Positions 9,314-18,642 of a stretch of 64,000 nt of DNA are shown piece after piece. This DNA comes from a virus (lineage: Duplodnaviria; Caudoviricetes): the IMG/VR virus record IMGVR_UViG_3300050034_000334; one strand, 5' to 3'. The notes beneath the pieces were generated by a model. The model did no database searches, was not told where the DNA came from, and saw nothing but the letters and a program-made list of their open reading frames with translations. Both the position numbers and the translations under genes were made by a program. Position 1 is the first letter of the stretch, and each line of letters opens with the position of its first letter.

Positions 9314-10027
9314 TCATGCCAGAGCGGGTACAAATTCGATATCCCATCTATCACATGATTCCTTTGAGAGAAATTGACCCATCGCTCGCCTAGTCATCAT
9401 CTGATTGCGAATACTTTTGCGGATTTGTTCAGGAGAGTTTACCTGCCCTTTGTGTGATTCACTAAGTCTGTCAACTGTTTCCTGTGAGGCTTTCTGGCCT
9501 ATCCTCCGACTTCGAATATCAGCAATCTGCTGTTCTGACCAAGGGTTTTCTCTTCGTATCTTGGACAACAATTGCTTCTGTTCAGCACTCATAGGCCCTT
9601 TTGTCTTGCCTCTCTGTACATCACCAATTTTCTTTCTGGAGGCTGCTGTATGACAGTAGTTCCCCCTTCTTCTTCGAGTTTCAACTCTTTTTCGTATTTC
9701 TTCTTGAGACTGAACTCTTCCAGCACCACTGTACGCCTTAGCTAGACTGTTGTATCCATTGTGGAAAGCATCTAGCTTATCAATCCAGAATTGTTCTCGT
9801 TCTTCCAATTTTGCTCTGTTTGGGTTAGTAATTTCTTCAAGCACATTCCAATCCCAAACCTCTGAACCATACTTCTTCCAGGAACGAAGCAGCTTTGGGC
9901 CGGTGTGGCTCCCGTCTTTGAATCCTTGAATATGAATTTGCCATCTTCCATAAATATCCACAGAACTTCCAACGTAGGACTTCTTGGAATTCCGATTGTA
10001 TATTTGATATACACCAGCAGTCTTCAC
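9314..10027 (-). CDS. GIY-YIG homing endonuclease with NUMOD3 repeats
   Basis: GVYQIYNRNSKKSYVGSS; GYN; HTAASRKKI and ETVDRLSESHKG repeats. Confidence 0.9.
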   Translation of the reverse strand: MKTAGVYQIYNRNSKKSYVGSSVDIYGRWQIHIQGFKDGSHTGPKLLRSWKKYGSEVWDWNVLEEITNPNRAKLEEREQFWIDKLDAFHNGYNSLAKAYSGAGRVQSQEEIRKRVETRRRRGNYCHTAASRKKIGDVQRGKTKGPMSAEQKQLLSKIRRENPWSEQQIADIRSRRIGQKASQETVDRLSESHKGQVNSPEQIRKSIRNQMMTRRAMGQFLSKESCDRWDIEFVPALA

Positions 10028-10059
10028 TCTTCGTCTACCTCCAGAATCGGAAGCAGAAG

Positions 10060-12183
10060 TCAGGAAATTCCTAACATCGTCAAAAAGCGACTTGGCTCAA
10101 CCGGGGTCTTAGTCCATCCTGTGCTAGTCTTCTTCAGAAGAAAAGTTGGTACACAGATAGTCACTTTGTTTCTGGCCCTAGTGAGTGCCACGTAAAATAG
10201 GCGCATTTCTTCCTCGATTTCTGTTTCATTTCCCATCGAATACATATGGGGCAATGAGCCTTCATAACAGTTCGTTAGAAAAATCGCATCCCATTCTAAT
10301 CCCTTGGCCTTGTGAATGGTGGAGATGACCACACGACCATCCTTGTCTTCATCCTTGGCCTGTTCATCCATGGACAACTGAAAGACCACGTCTGCCAAGT
10401 TCATGATGTTCGTTTCAAGGAGACCGACTACGAGGAGCGCGAGCCGCTCGAGGTTCTCGAGCTTGATGGTCAGCTTCTCAACATCCTTCCTGTACTTGTC
10501 TCTGAGATAGTTGCTGTATCCCGAGAGCTTGATTGCGAAGTCGAATGCGTTGACCGGGTCATCGTGTTTCTGCTGGATGTGCTTGACGATATCGACGAAG
10601 GCACCGGCCTTGTCTTTGTTCACTGCCCAGCATCCCGACAGGAGATCCCCGGCGAACTGCTTGTTGGCAACGTCACGAATTTTCTCTAGGGCGACCGTAC
10701 CAAGACCTCTCTTGGGAGCCGCTATCGCTCGATTCAAAGCCATGAAATCCTTGGGATTGACCGCCAGTCGGAGATAAGCAAGGACATCACGGACCTCCTC
10801 GGTCTGAAGAAGTCCTTGGCCGCCGCGCACCACATAGGGGATGCGCAACTTGACCAGTTCGGCCTCTAGGTCGCGAACCTGGCTCTTGCCCGATCTGACA
10901 AGGATTGCGTTCTCCTTGTAGGGAGTCGTCTGCCGATCACGATAGATCTGTGAAGCGATCCGATTGGCGATCTCCCGGGGAGTACCGTCGTCCTCTCCAC
11001 CCTTCATCAAGCTGGTGGTGCCTGTGTGTCCCAGTTCTCCTCTGGCAGAGGCCATCTGTAGAGGGATAGTCATCACCATTTTCTTCTGCACAGCGTTCGC
11101 TAGACCAACGATCTCAGGCACGCTCCGGTAGTTCTGAGCGAGCCGGTAGAGTGTTGGGGTTACACCACGCCACTTCTCACTGTAAGCCTTGAGGATCTCT
11201 GGAGCAGCGCCGTTGAAGCCGTAGATACTTTGTGACAAATCTCCTACAACGAACAAGTTGAAATTGTCCACAGGAATGAGAGATTCCACAAACTGCCATT
11301 GAACCGGACTAAGGTCCTGAACCTCGTCCACAAGGACATAGTTGAACATCTTGGCCCAAGCAGTTGCCCAGGATTTATCAGCCTGAACACGTCGCACCAC
11401 TAGATGGAGCATGTCCGAAAAATCTAATGTAGACGTGGCTTGTTTTTCATCTTCGAACTTCTTCCACAGATAAACTACCTCAGAATCAAGAGCATGATAT
11501 CCTGAATGACTATGCAGGGATTGCTGATGAATTTCAGCAGTATAATCAGTTGAAAACCCAACTCCTCTGGCACGATGATAGGCAATTCGTTCAAGCAAAT
11601 TCCAGGGATTGAACTGATCACGATCACTTTCTTTAATTTCACGATCGATGATCTTTTTAAGCAGGATACCCTGATCATAGTCATCTAGTAGAGACACTCT
11701 CTCCTGCAGACCAAATCCTCTAGGATTTCTTCTAATTGCTGCCAGAGCCAACGAGTGAATTGTGGATACTCGAGGCACTCTATCTCTAGGGGTGTCAACA
11801 GTGACTCCTAGTCTATCAGCCATCTCGTTTGCAGCTTTATTGGTGAAAGTTAGAGCAGCTAATTTGCGAGGTTCTTGTCCGGCCTCTGCAATGAGCCATC
11901 TCACTCTTTCAGTAAGAACTAGAGTTTTTCCACTACCTGCTCCAGCAATCAAGCACACCGGGGATCCTACAGGATGTCTAACCACAAGTTGTTGTTCTTC
12001 GTTCATGATAATCTCCAATACTAAACTTCCTGAACCAAGGATCACAGTTCCTTTGCAGCCATTCATGAAGCAGAATCCTCCAATCGAAGGAAATTTAGAC
12101 TCTGCTCCACACTTGGGACATGTACCCGGTTTGGTGAGAAGGTTCGCAATCTGACTTTGTTGCAAAACCTTGAGGCGAGTCAT
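10060..12183 (-). CDS. uvrD: UvrD/PcrA-family SF1 DNA helicase (alternative start ATG 12006)
   Basis: AGAGSGKT, DEVQD, QSIYGFNGA, NYRS, STIHKAKGLEW, RLFYVALTRA. Confidence 0.93.
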   Translation of the reverse strand: MTRLKVLQQSQIANLLTKPGTCPKCGAESKFPSIGGFCFMNGCKGTVILGSGSLVLEIIMNEEQQLVVRHPVGSPVCLIAGAGSGKTLVLTERVRWLIAEAGQEPRKLAALTFTNKAANEMADRLGVTVDTPRDRVPRVSTIHSLALAAIRRNPRGFGLQERVSLLDDYDQGILLKKIIDREIKESDRDQFNPWNLLERIAYHRARGVGFSTDYTAEIHQQSLHSHSGYHALDSEVVYLWKKFEDEKQATSTLDFSDMLHLVVRRVQADKSWATAWAKMFNYVLVDEVQDLSPVQWQFVESLIPVDNFNLFVVGDLSQSIYGFNGAAPEILKAYSEKWRGVTPTLYRLAQNYRSVPEIVGLANAVQKKMVMTIPLQMASARGELGHTGTTSLMKGGEDDGTPREIANRIASQIYRDRQTTPYKENAILVRSGKSQVRDLEAELVKLRIPYVVRGGQGLLQTEEVRDVLAYLRLAVNPKDFMALNRAIAAPKRGLGTVALEKIRDVANKQFAGDLLSGCWAVNKDKAGAFVDIVKHIQQKHDDPVNAFDFAIKLSGYSNYLRDKYRKDVEKLTIKLENLERLALLVVGLLETNIMNLADVVFQLSMDEQAKDEDKDGRVVISTIHKAKGLEWDAIFLTNCYEGSLPHMYSMGNETEIEEEMRLFYVALTRARNKVTICVPTFLLKKTSTGWTKTPVEPSRFLTMLGIS

Positions 12184-12461
12184 TCCTTGTAACCAGAAAG
12201 TATTTCGGCTGTGTCTCGGTCAATCAGCACATACCGACATGATCTTGAATCCCTCGGATCTGTGAAACAGGCAAATTCACTCGCATCGTAGCAGAAACCC
12301 GCTGCCTCAAATGCTCCATTGTTCACCACAGCGATGAGTGCTTTCCCTGCTGGGATATCCTCATAGGTTTTGGGTGCAGAGGCCAGGAGCACTCCGTTGT
12401 ACTTCTCGGCTATTTCCTGAGCCTTGCCATGGTTGTAGTCTGTCTGAATGTAGTAACCCAT
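12180..12461 (-). CDS. Hypothetical protein
   Basis: ATGA overlap with the helicase ORF. Confidence 0.7.
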   Translation of the reverse strand: MGYYIQTDYNHGKAQEIAEKYNGVLLASAPKTYEDIPAGKALIAVVNNGAFEAAGFCYDASEFACFTDPRDSRSCRYVLIDRDTAEILSGYKE

Positions 12462-12494
12462 GATTTTTGCCCCCTTTGAGGTATATACTGATGT

Positions 12495-13136
12495 TCAGTT
12501 CACTGAACAAGTGAAACCTTTGGGAAGATCTTGCAAGTCATACCGCAGGAGTTTGCTACCGGCGATGCATCTCACGATTTCGTCAGGAGTCACAGGGCAG
12601 ACCGGAGGATAGGGACTTTCCTTGAGAGTCTGAACCACCTGTCCCGGGATACGACCCACAGAGTACTCAGGACGCATGATGAGCGGAGCATCCACGCAAA
12701 CTTCGCGGCCTCTGATCATCTTTCCCTTCTCGTCGCGAACCTCAGGTGTGATTCCCCAGAGCAGATGACCCAGGGCATGGTGCATCATCATGCCGGCATA
12801 GGTTCCTGCCAGACTCTTGATCCTCTTGCATCCACGCTTGATCGCTTCGGCCTCGACAACCTTGTAGAGTTCCGTGGCATATCCTTTGCGACGGATGGCG
12901 ACCGGAGTGTAGGCTGTGTACCAGTTGGCATAGGGTTCCCAGATGTTCTTGCTCTTCTTGCCGAAATAGGTGACATTCAGCGTGAGCAGGGCACCAGCCG
13001 GGTCACGGAGGATATAGAGGGGTGCCCCTCTGAAGACTCCCATATCAACTTCTGACAGGACTGAGGATTTCTCTCCGATATCCTTGACGATCCTTCTGGC
13101 TTCTTTGGGCTCAGTTACGATTTCAATCGTGTTCAC
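12495..13136 (-). CDS. GNAT-family acetyltransferase
   Basis: Acetyl-CoA motif A: AYTPVAIRRKGYATELY; GTG start overlaps the upstream TGA (GTGA). Confidence 0.7.
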   Translation of the reverse strand: MNTIEIVTEPKEARRIVKDIGEKSSVLSEVDMGVFRGAPLYILRDPAGALLTLNVTYFGKKSKNIWEPYANWYTAYTPVAIRRKGYATELYKVVEAEAIKRGCKRIKSLAGTYAGMMMHHALGHLLWGITPEVRDEKGKMIRGREVCVDAPLIMRPEYSVGRIPGQVVQTLKESPYPPVCPVTPDEIVRCIAGSKLLRYDLQDLPKGFTCSVN

Positions 13137-15010
13137 TTGGACACTCCAATCGGTGCGTTGGGTAGCAGTCCTCGATTGATCATCGGCCACAAGCCGATCA
13201 TTCGACCTTCATCTCTAAGGACGTGCTCCATGGATCGGGTAACTCTGACTCTTGGAGGATCTACCAACTCTCCAAGATACTCATGAATGAGGTTTTCTTT
13301 CCTGAATTGCCATAGAACATTCCAGTCTATTCCGCTGGTGATATCCTGCTGATCTTGCATCTGCTGAATCTCGTCCGCCATTCGATCAAGGTAGTATGGC
13401 AGATAGCGACCTTTGGTGGTCCGGAAGTATCCCTTGTATGCACACAGACACGACTCCATGAACCAGTGATCCATGCCCAGCAGAGGGTACTCAACTTGGA
13501 TCTCCTTGATCAGAATTTCGAGCTCTTTCTCGAGCCAAGCCCACTGCTCCTTGTTGAGTTTTTCGAAGGCCCAATCGGCTTTGCCCAGGACGATGCAGAG
13601 GCCAGCGCGTGGCGAGTCAGCTTCTTTAAGGAAGACTGTGTCAGCCTGGAGAGGCATTCCCATACAGCGAGCAAGGCACTCAGTGTAGATGTACACACTG
13701 TAACGACCGAAGCGCATGAATTGGTTCAGGGCCTTGGTCACGTTGTGGAAGTTCTCAATCTTGTTGGTGGAGGTGAGGTGCTTGGCGAAGAATTCCTCCT
13801 GGGCAGTCGAGGTCTGTTTGCCCATCTGCTTGACATAGTCCTCGAACATCTCCACGAAGTGACCCTTGAGATACTTCCGGTCCGTGTTGTACCTCAGCTT
13901 CTTCCAGTTCTCAGTATGCCAACGACGGAGCCGCCCGATGTCGATCTTCTCGAACTCAGGAAATTCCTGCATCACATAGAAGACAGAGCCGGGGTGATAG
14001 AACACTCCATACAAGTAACAAATCCAGTACTCCTGACTCTTTGACATCTCCCACCGGCGGAAGACGTAGTTCAGCAGAGCATAGTTTGGATCTATCTCCC
14101 AGGAGGCCACGGAGGATACACAGTACCTTTTGAATGAGTCACGAAGAGCCTTGCGATGGTCTCCTCCGGTCCAAATTGGGAGGTCAAGAATCACATGCTT
14201 GCTGTCAAAAGGGACCGAATGCTTGCTCATCATGACGTTCGCAATGGGAGGTCTCTCAAATCTCTTCTCAGGAGCATAGTACGTTTTGTATCTCTGAGAA
14301 CTGACGGACTTTCCTGTACCAGAGAAGGTGTATATGGTGTAAGGTTCACACTCCTGAACTGTACACTTGTGTCCCTCGAACTCGAAGGCTCTCATGATGA
14401 TGTCCTGAGTGGAAGCGAATCCTTGCATGGACAATTCAGGACAGTCAAACATCCACAAAGGTCTCAAGTGGTCCCGCATCAGATAGATGGACCCCAGATA
14501 GTCTAGGAATCCACAAGCAAAGATAGGAGGAGCCACTTCATAAACTTTTCGAAAAGCCTCAGCAATGGTGCCTTTCAATGCATGACGTAAGAATATCTCG
14601 GAGTCATTGGCGGTCTCGGTGTCGATCTTGTAATCGGCTTCGAACTCTTCCTTGGTCGCCATAGACACCAGACCGTTATGGACGATCGCCAGCTGCGGAG
14701 TGCTGAGAGGCTGAGTGTTATTGTTGTCATGCCAGTCTCCACTGGTGGAGTACCGGCAATGTCCAATCATGGTCTTCGGAATCTTGCAAGACAGATCCGT
14801 CCAGCCAGCCGTTTCCAGCAGGGCCTCAGCACAAATTGGCGCCTTGAAGGTCTTGACCTCTCCCTGTTGCCAGGTTGGACCTTCCACCCAAGACACCCCA
14901 GACGCGTGCTTCCCACGAACCTGAGCCTCAATCATCAGCCGCTCAAATACCTTGAAGGCATCGTGTGCTCGGTCAGTATTGTACAGCTTGTACCCAACGA
15001 TTCCGCACAT
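13133..15010 (-). CDS. Class II glutamine amidotransferase fused to an amino acid:DNA transferase (aGPT-Pplase2/ADDT-like) domain
   Basis: N-half MCGIVG, GHCRYST, HNG, NDSE; C-half DPNY, YNTDRKYLKGHF, FGRYS, ESCLCAYK, RYLPYYLDR. Confidence 0.75.
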   Translation of the reverse strand: MCGIVGYKLYNTDRAHDAFKVFERLMIEAQVRGKHASGVSWVEGPTWQQGEVKTFKAPICAEALLETAGWTDLSCKIPKTMIGHCRYSTSGDWHDNNNTQPLSTPQLAIVHNGLVSMATKEEFEADYKIDTETANDSEIFLRHALKGTIAEAFRKVYEVAPPIFACGFLDYLGSIYLMRDHLRPLWMFDCPELSMQGFASTQDIIMRAFEFEGHKCTVQECEPYTIYTFSGTGKSVSSQRYKTYYAPEKRFERPPIANVMMSKHSVPFDSKHVILDLPIWTGGDHRKALRDSFKRYCVSSVASWEIDPNYALLNYVFRRWEMSKSQEYWICYLYGVFYHPGSVFYVMQEFPEFEKIDIGRLRRWHTENWKKLRYNTDRKYLKGHFVEMFEDYVKQMGKQTSTAQEEFFAKHLTSTNKIENFHNVTKALNQFMRFGRYSVYIYTECLARCMGMPLQADTVFLKEADSPRAGLCIVLGKADWAFEKLNKEQWAWLEKELEILIKEIQVEYPLLGMDHWFMESCLCAYKGYFRTTKGRYLPYYLDRMADEIQQMQDQQDITSGIDWNVLWQFRKENLIHEYLGELVDPPRVRVTRSMEHVLRDEGRMIGLWPMINRGLLPNAPIGVSK

Positions 15011-15059
15011 AGATTCCTAATCGTCCCCAGTTAGTCAATACTGGAAAATCGAGGATTAT

Positions 15060-15257
15060 CTAGATTTGGGTCATCTTCTCTTGAAGAACAGCGAGCCCAT
15101 CCAGCACCATTGCCACAAGCAGCGTTTGGCGATGGACGTTCAATCTCAGAGCATGCTCTTCGATCAGATTCGCTTGCGACTCAGGAATTCGCAACGTGAA
15201 CGCCTTGAATGGTTCTTTCTTTCCCAGGTTATTCACCAGATTTTCAACGTAGCTCAT
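15060..15257 (-). CDS. Small ribbon-helix-helix-like DNA-binding protein
   Basis: KAFTLRIPESQANLIEEHALRLNVHRQTLL pattern; ATGA overlap with the Nudix gene. Confidence 0.55.
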   Translation of the reverse strand: MSYVENLVNNLGKKEPFKAFTLRIPESQANLIEEHALRLNVHRQTLLVAMVLDGLAVLQEKMTQI

Positions 15258-15709
15258 AACCACCCCATGTGTCGAAACTTCTCGATGCACGGATACCAGA
15301 TCTTGTCCTGCAGCTTCGGCAAATCTGTTACTGGGACCCACTGCCAGTCGCTACTCTTGGTTGGCTCTGTGTTGACCGGCTCGCCGCCGATCCATTCTCC
15401 GACGAAGTAGATCGTGATGTAATGCTTGCCCTGTTCCCGACTGATGTCCTCGGTGAATCCGACGAGATGGACTTTTCCCAAAGTTAGACCCGTCTCTTCT
15501 TCGGTCTCACGACGAGCCGCTTCAGATGCCAACTCGTACTTCTCTACATGACCGCCTGGTAAACTGAGGAATCCATATCCGTATTCCTTCCTGCGAATTC
15601 CCAACAGGATGTACTCCAGCCCAATCCCTTCCGGGTCTCCACCAGGAAGGTACTTGTGGACGATCATGCCGGTGCCAACACCGGGCCTCTCAATAGAGTC
15701 TGAACTCAC
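15254..15709 (-). CDS. Nudix hydrolase
   Basis: Nudix box GGHVEKYELASEAARRETEEETGL. Confidence 0.92.
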   Translation of the reverse strand: MSSDSIERPGVGTGMIVHKYLPGGDPEGIGLEYILLGIRRKEYGYGFLSLPGGHVEKYELASEAARRETEEETGLTLGKVHLVGFTEDISREQGKHYITIYFVGEWIGGEPVNTEPTKSSDWQWVPVTDLPKLQDKIWYPCIEKFRHMGWL

Positions 15710-16302
15710 TGTTTGCCTCTGGCTTTCTCTACAGTTTCCCGATCGATGGCCGGGTATTCAAAGACGATAGGCATCTTCCGCTTGGCGACTTCAACCTTGA
15801 CCCAGAGCGGATGACCTTGGAAGATCACTTGGCCGGTGCGATAGGCAATGGCGAGCACTTGTTCTTGACGAGGACCGTTGCTCTCGTATGGAACGATTAT
15901 GACACCATGATCAATGGCGATTTGTTCGTCAGTGATGTGGTAGGTGTGCTTGACCGCCAGCGGACCTTTGCTGGGCTTGAAGAGATTGCCAAATGCTGCC
16001 AGAGCCCAGGCGACCTGAAATCTCTGGTAGACTGTTCGCTTCTCAGGAAAGTTGATGAAGTCGACATATCCGAACCCAGGACGCAAGGTTTGTTCGTCGA
16101 GCCATGACTTCGCAGCAAGGAATTCCTCGATGGTCACATCACCATCAATCTTGGGTGTCGGATCCTCAGAAGTGGCACTCAAACCCAGTAGCCTTGAGGC
16201 TGTGTCCTTGAGGGCTTGAAAATTGAACCACCGGCGATATGCTTTCTCGCTGTAGTCCTCATCCGGCTTCTTCAACTGTGCTGCTGTGGCTCTCTTGAAC
16301 AT
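15706..16302 (-). CDS. Hypothetical protein
   Basis: Overlap-coupled in the minus-strand operon. Confidence 0.7.
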   Translation of the reverse strand: MFKRATAAQLKKPDEDYSEKAYRRWFNFQALKDTASRLLGLSATSEDPTPKIDGDVTIEEFLAAKSWLDEQTLRPGFGYVDFINFPEKRTVYQRFQVAWALAAFGNLFKPSKGPLAVKHTYHITDEQIAIDHGVIIVPYESNGPRQEQVLAIAYRTGQVIFQGHPLWVKVEVAKRKMPIVFEYPAIDRETVEKARGKQ

Positions 16303-16574
16303 CAGTGTGCCACTCGTAGGACAGTGAGCGGTGTGTCGATAACGGAGTCATTGTCCCAGCCCAAAGAGGCCAGCAGTTCCAGCAGAGTTGTTTTGTGCTT
16401 GTTCGTGTTGTAACGAGTGACGATCATGGGCAGTCCCTCGTTGCCGATGTTGGGCTCGTTGCCCACGTGAAGCTCGGAGTGGACCTTGATGAACTCCTTC
16501 GCCTCCTCACGAGTGCCAGCGAAGTCGACCTTGAGTGTGCCCTGAGTGTGGATCTTACGTCTTAGTGACATCAT
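16302..16574 (-). CDS. Hypothetical protein
   Basis: Overlap-coupled; phage-like codon usage. Confidence 0.7.
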   Translation of the reverse strand: MMSLRRKIHTQGTLKVDFAGTREEAKEFIKVHSELHVGNEPNIGNEGLPMIVTRYNTNKHKTTLLELLASLGWDNDSVIDTPLTVLRVAH

Positions 16575-16828
16575 GCCATCCTTTCACTTCTTCCGTCTGG
16601 TGATGCTACCCAACGAATCCCAGTGGCTTGTTCGATTGCCTCTTTCGCCCAGGGGAGCAACTCTTGTTTCTCAATCAGACCAAAATCGAACTCGGTGATC
16701 TGCGTTCCATCTTCTGTATATCCTGCTGATTTCTCAGCACGACCAGCCTTGCGCTGATAACGGACATGGATGGGACCAAAGACTTCAAGCATTATATCCC
16801 AGCCGCCATATTGTCTGCCGTTACTCAT
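16571..16828 (-). CDS. Hypothetical protein
   Basis: Overlap-coupled. Confidence 0.65.
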   Translation of the reverse strand: MSNGRQYGGWDIMLEVFGPIHVRYQRKAGRAEKSAGYTEDGTQITEFDFGLIEKQELLPWAKEAIEQATGIRWVASPDGRSERMA

Positions 16829-16836
16829 GTGAATCC

Positions 16837-17061
16837 TCAGTAGCGAGAAGACGGCCTTGTTGACTTCCCACAGATAAGACAGTTGTCACAGTCACGTCCA
16901 GATGAAGCATCTTCGCCCCAAGGGAAGGTATGATCACAGGCCGCCACCAGAGGGTTCAGGGTCTTATCTCTGAATTCCTTGAGAGCAATCTCCTGCTGAT
17001 CCCTGAATGCCTGGACATCCTTCGTGGCCTGACGAATCACAGCGATCTGCTCACTGGTCAT
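16837..17061 (-). CDS. Hypothetical protein with C/H cluster (CDH...CxxCxxC)
   Basis: 74-aa ORF in the operon. Confidence 0.65.
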   Translation of the reverse strand: MTSEQIAVIRQATKDVQAFRDQQEIALKEFRDKTLNPLVAACDHTFPWGEDASSGRDCDNCLICGKSTRPSSRY

Positions 17062-17242
17062 GTTCCCATCCTAGGCTCTTGCTGATCTCTGGTGAGAAGC
17101 CACCCAATTCTCTGAGCCGGGTGGCGAAATAGGTTCCTGCTTCGTCTTGGAGCAGTGGATTTCCTACTGGAGCAAAACGCCACAACCGACACAGTTCGTA
17201 TCGAGTCATGGCGTCGATTTCAGCTTTTTGTTCAGGAGTCAT
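17051..17242 (-). CDS. Hypothetical protein (MTPEQKAEID...)
   Basis: TAATG overlap with the upstream gene. Confidence 0.7.
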   Translation of the reverse strand: MTPEQKAEIDAMTRYELCRLWRFAPVGNPLLQDEAGTYFATRLRELGGFSPEISKSLGWEHDQ

Positions 17243-17802
17243 TACAGTTCGAATTCTCCAAGAGCGGTGTCCGCCGCGTCGCGCTGTTCCTGCAACCAGG
17301 CTTCTTTGTTCTCCACCCACTCTTCGTGCTTCTCTTCGTCATCGAGGGAAGGCTCGCTCTCTTCGTCCTCAAAGGATGTGCCGTCAACTTCATCGGCAGC
17401 GGTGTTCAGGGAATCGAGGAAGGTGTCGAGCGCATCGACCTTCTCCTGCATGTCAGAAGAATCGCGAAGGCCATCCGGCAGAGCTTCGAGGGCCTCTTCG
17501 TACTCACCCTTCACTTCTTCGCAGGTAGTGGCGCAGTCACGCAGAGCCTGAGCGATATCGCTGATATCTTCGGCAGCCGTAACATTGGCCGACGCATCCT
17601 CAATGGCAGAGTAGACGCCACTGAGTTTGGATGTGGTCAACTGAGACTGGGTGGGATGGCCGTGCTTCGAATGCTGGCGGCGAGAAGCAGACTTGTAGGG
17701 CGTCCACTCGAAATACTGGTCACCGGCGACGATCAGGTCGGGACACTTCTCGCAGGGATATTCCCTGCCGGCTTTGCTCTTTTTGTGCTCTGTAACTCGC
17801 AT
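17242..17802 (-). CDS. Hypothetical protein, CxxC N-terminus and acidic helical C-terminus
   Basis: First gene after a promoter motif. Confidence 0.75.
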   Translation of the reverse strand: MRVTEHKKSKAGREYPCEKCPDLIVAGDQYFEWTPYKSASRRQHSKHGHPTQSQLTTSKLSGVYSAIEDASANVTAAEDISDIAQALRDCATTCEEVKGEYEEALEALPDGLRDSSDMQEKVDALDTFLDSLNTAADEVDGTSFEDEESEPSLDDEEKHEEWVENKEAWLQEQRDAADTALGEFEL

Positions 17803-17808
17803 ACTTCA

Positions 17809-17837
17809 CTCTACCAGTAGAATCGTAAATTCGGGTA
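17809..17837 (-). promoter_or_regulatory. Phage promoter motif TACCCGA-N16-GTAGAG
   Basis: Exact motif, 6 nt before ATG 17802. Confidence 0.7.
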
Positions 17838-17871
17838 ATGCCAAGAAACTGACTATCCGTCCCTATAGTAG

Positions 17872-18642
17872 ATGACTACAAATCTATACGCAGAGAAACT
17901 GGAGCAAAACGCCATCAGCAACAAGTACACTCGATGGTATCTACGTCTTTGCCTCAGAGCAGGTAATCGAAGTGATCTTCAAGGATACATTGAAGAACAT
18001 CATGTCCTTCCTAGATGTCTCGGAGGAAATTCTGAAAAGACTAATCTTGTGATTTTAACCGCAAGAGAACATTTCATTGCTCATCTTCTCCTCACTAAAA
18101 TGTTCAGAGGGCAACGGTTGTACAAGATGCTGGCCGCTGCTTTCTTCATGGCAAACCGTACTCGGATGTATCGAGGAAGCCGCACTTATCAAACTCTACG
18201 AGAAAACTATGCCCAGGAAGTGAGTAACCATTTCAAGGGAGTTCCAATTTGTTCAGACGTGCTGGCCGCAAGGATCGGAAAGTCTCACGACCATCATGTT
18301 CTTCCACATCCTGTTCACCAATGTATACTCGTTGGAGAAACAATAGCTGAATTTGGGCACGATCCTCGTATTCTTAAATCTATGAGTAACCGCAAAGTGA
18401 AAGTCAGGTATCCCTGCTGTGGAACTATTTTAGACCGGCCATTCTATGCAGCCAATAAAGGATTGAACTACTGTAAATCCTGTTTTATACAGAAGAATCT
18501 GGAGGCAATGAATACCTTTCAAGGGCGCAAAGAAGCTGCTGAAAGGATGCGTGATAAGTGGACAAAAGCATCCTTCCGGGAGCATACCTCTCGAGCAGTA
18601 TCCAATGCGAACAAGACTAGGAGAACTCCACCAAGTACCTGA
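17872..18642 (+). CDS. HNH (MobE-like) homing endonuclease
   Basis: KYTRWY...EEHHVLPRCLGG...NLVILTAREHFIAHLLLTKM. Confidence 0.85.
   Translation: MTTNLYAEKLEQNAISNKYTRWYLRLCLRAGNRSDLQGYIEEHHVLPRCLGGNSEKTNLVILTAREHFIAHLLLTKMFRGQRLYKMLAAAFFMANRTRMYRGSRTYQTLRENYAQEVSNHFKGVPICSDVLAARIGKSHDHHVLPHPVHQCILVGETIAEFGHDPRILKSMSNRKVKVRYPCCGTILDRPFYAANKGLNYCKSCFIQKNLEAMNTFQGRKEAAERMRDKWTKASFREHTSRAVSNANKTRRTPPST

Noticed and set aside
10060-12183. Intein in the helicase
   Set aside because: SF1 motifs are normally spaced and no C...HN splice motifs are present
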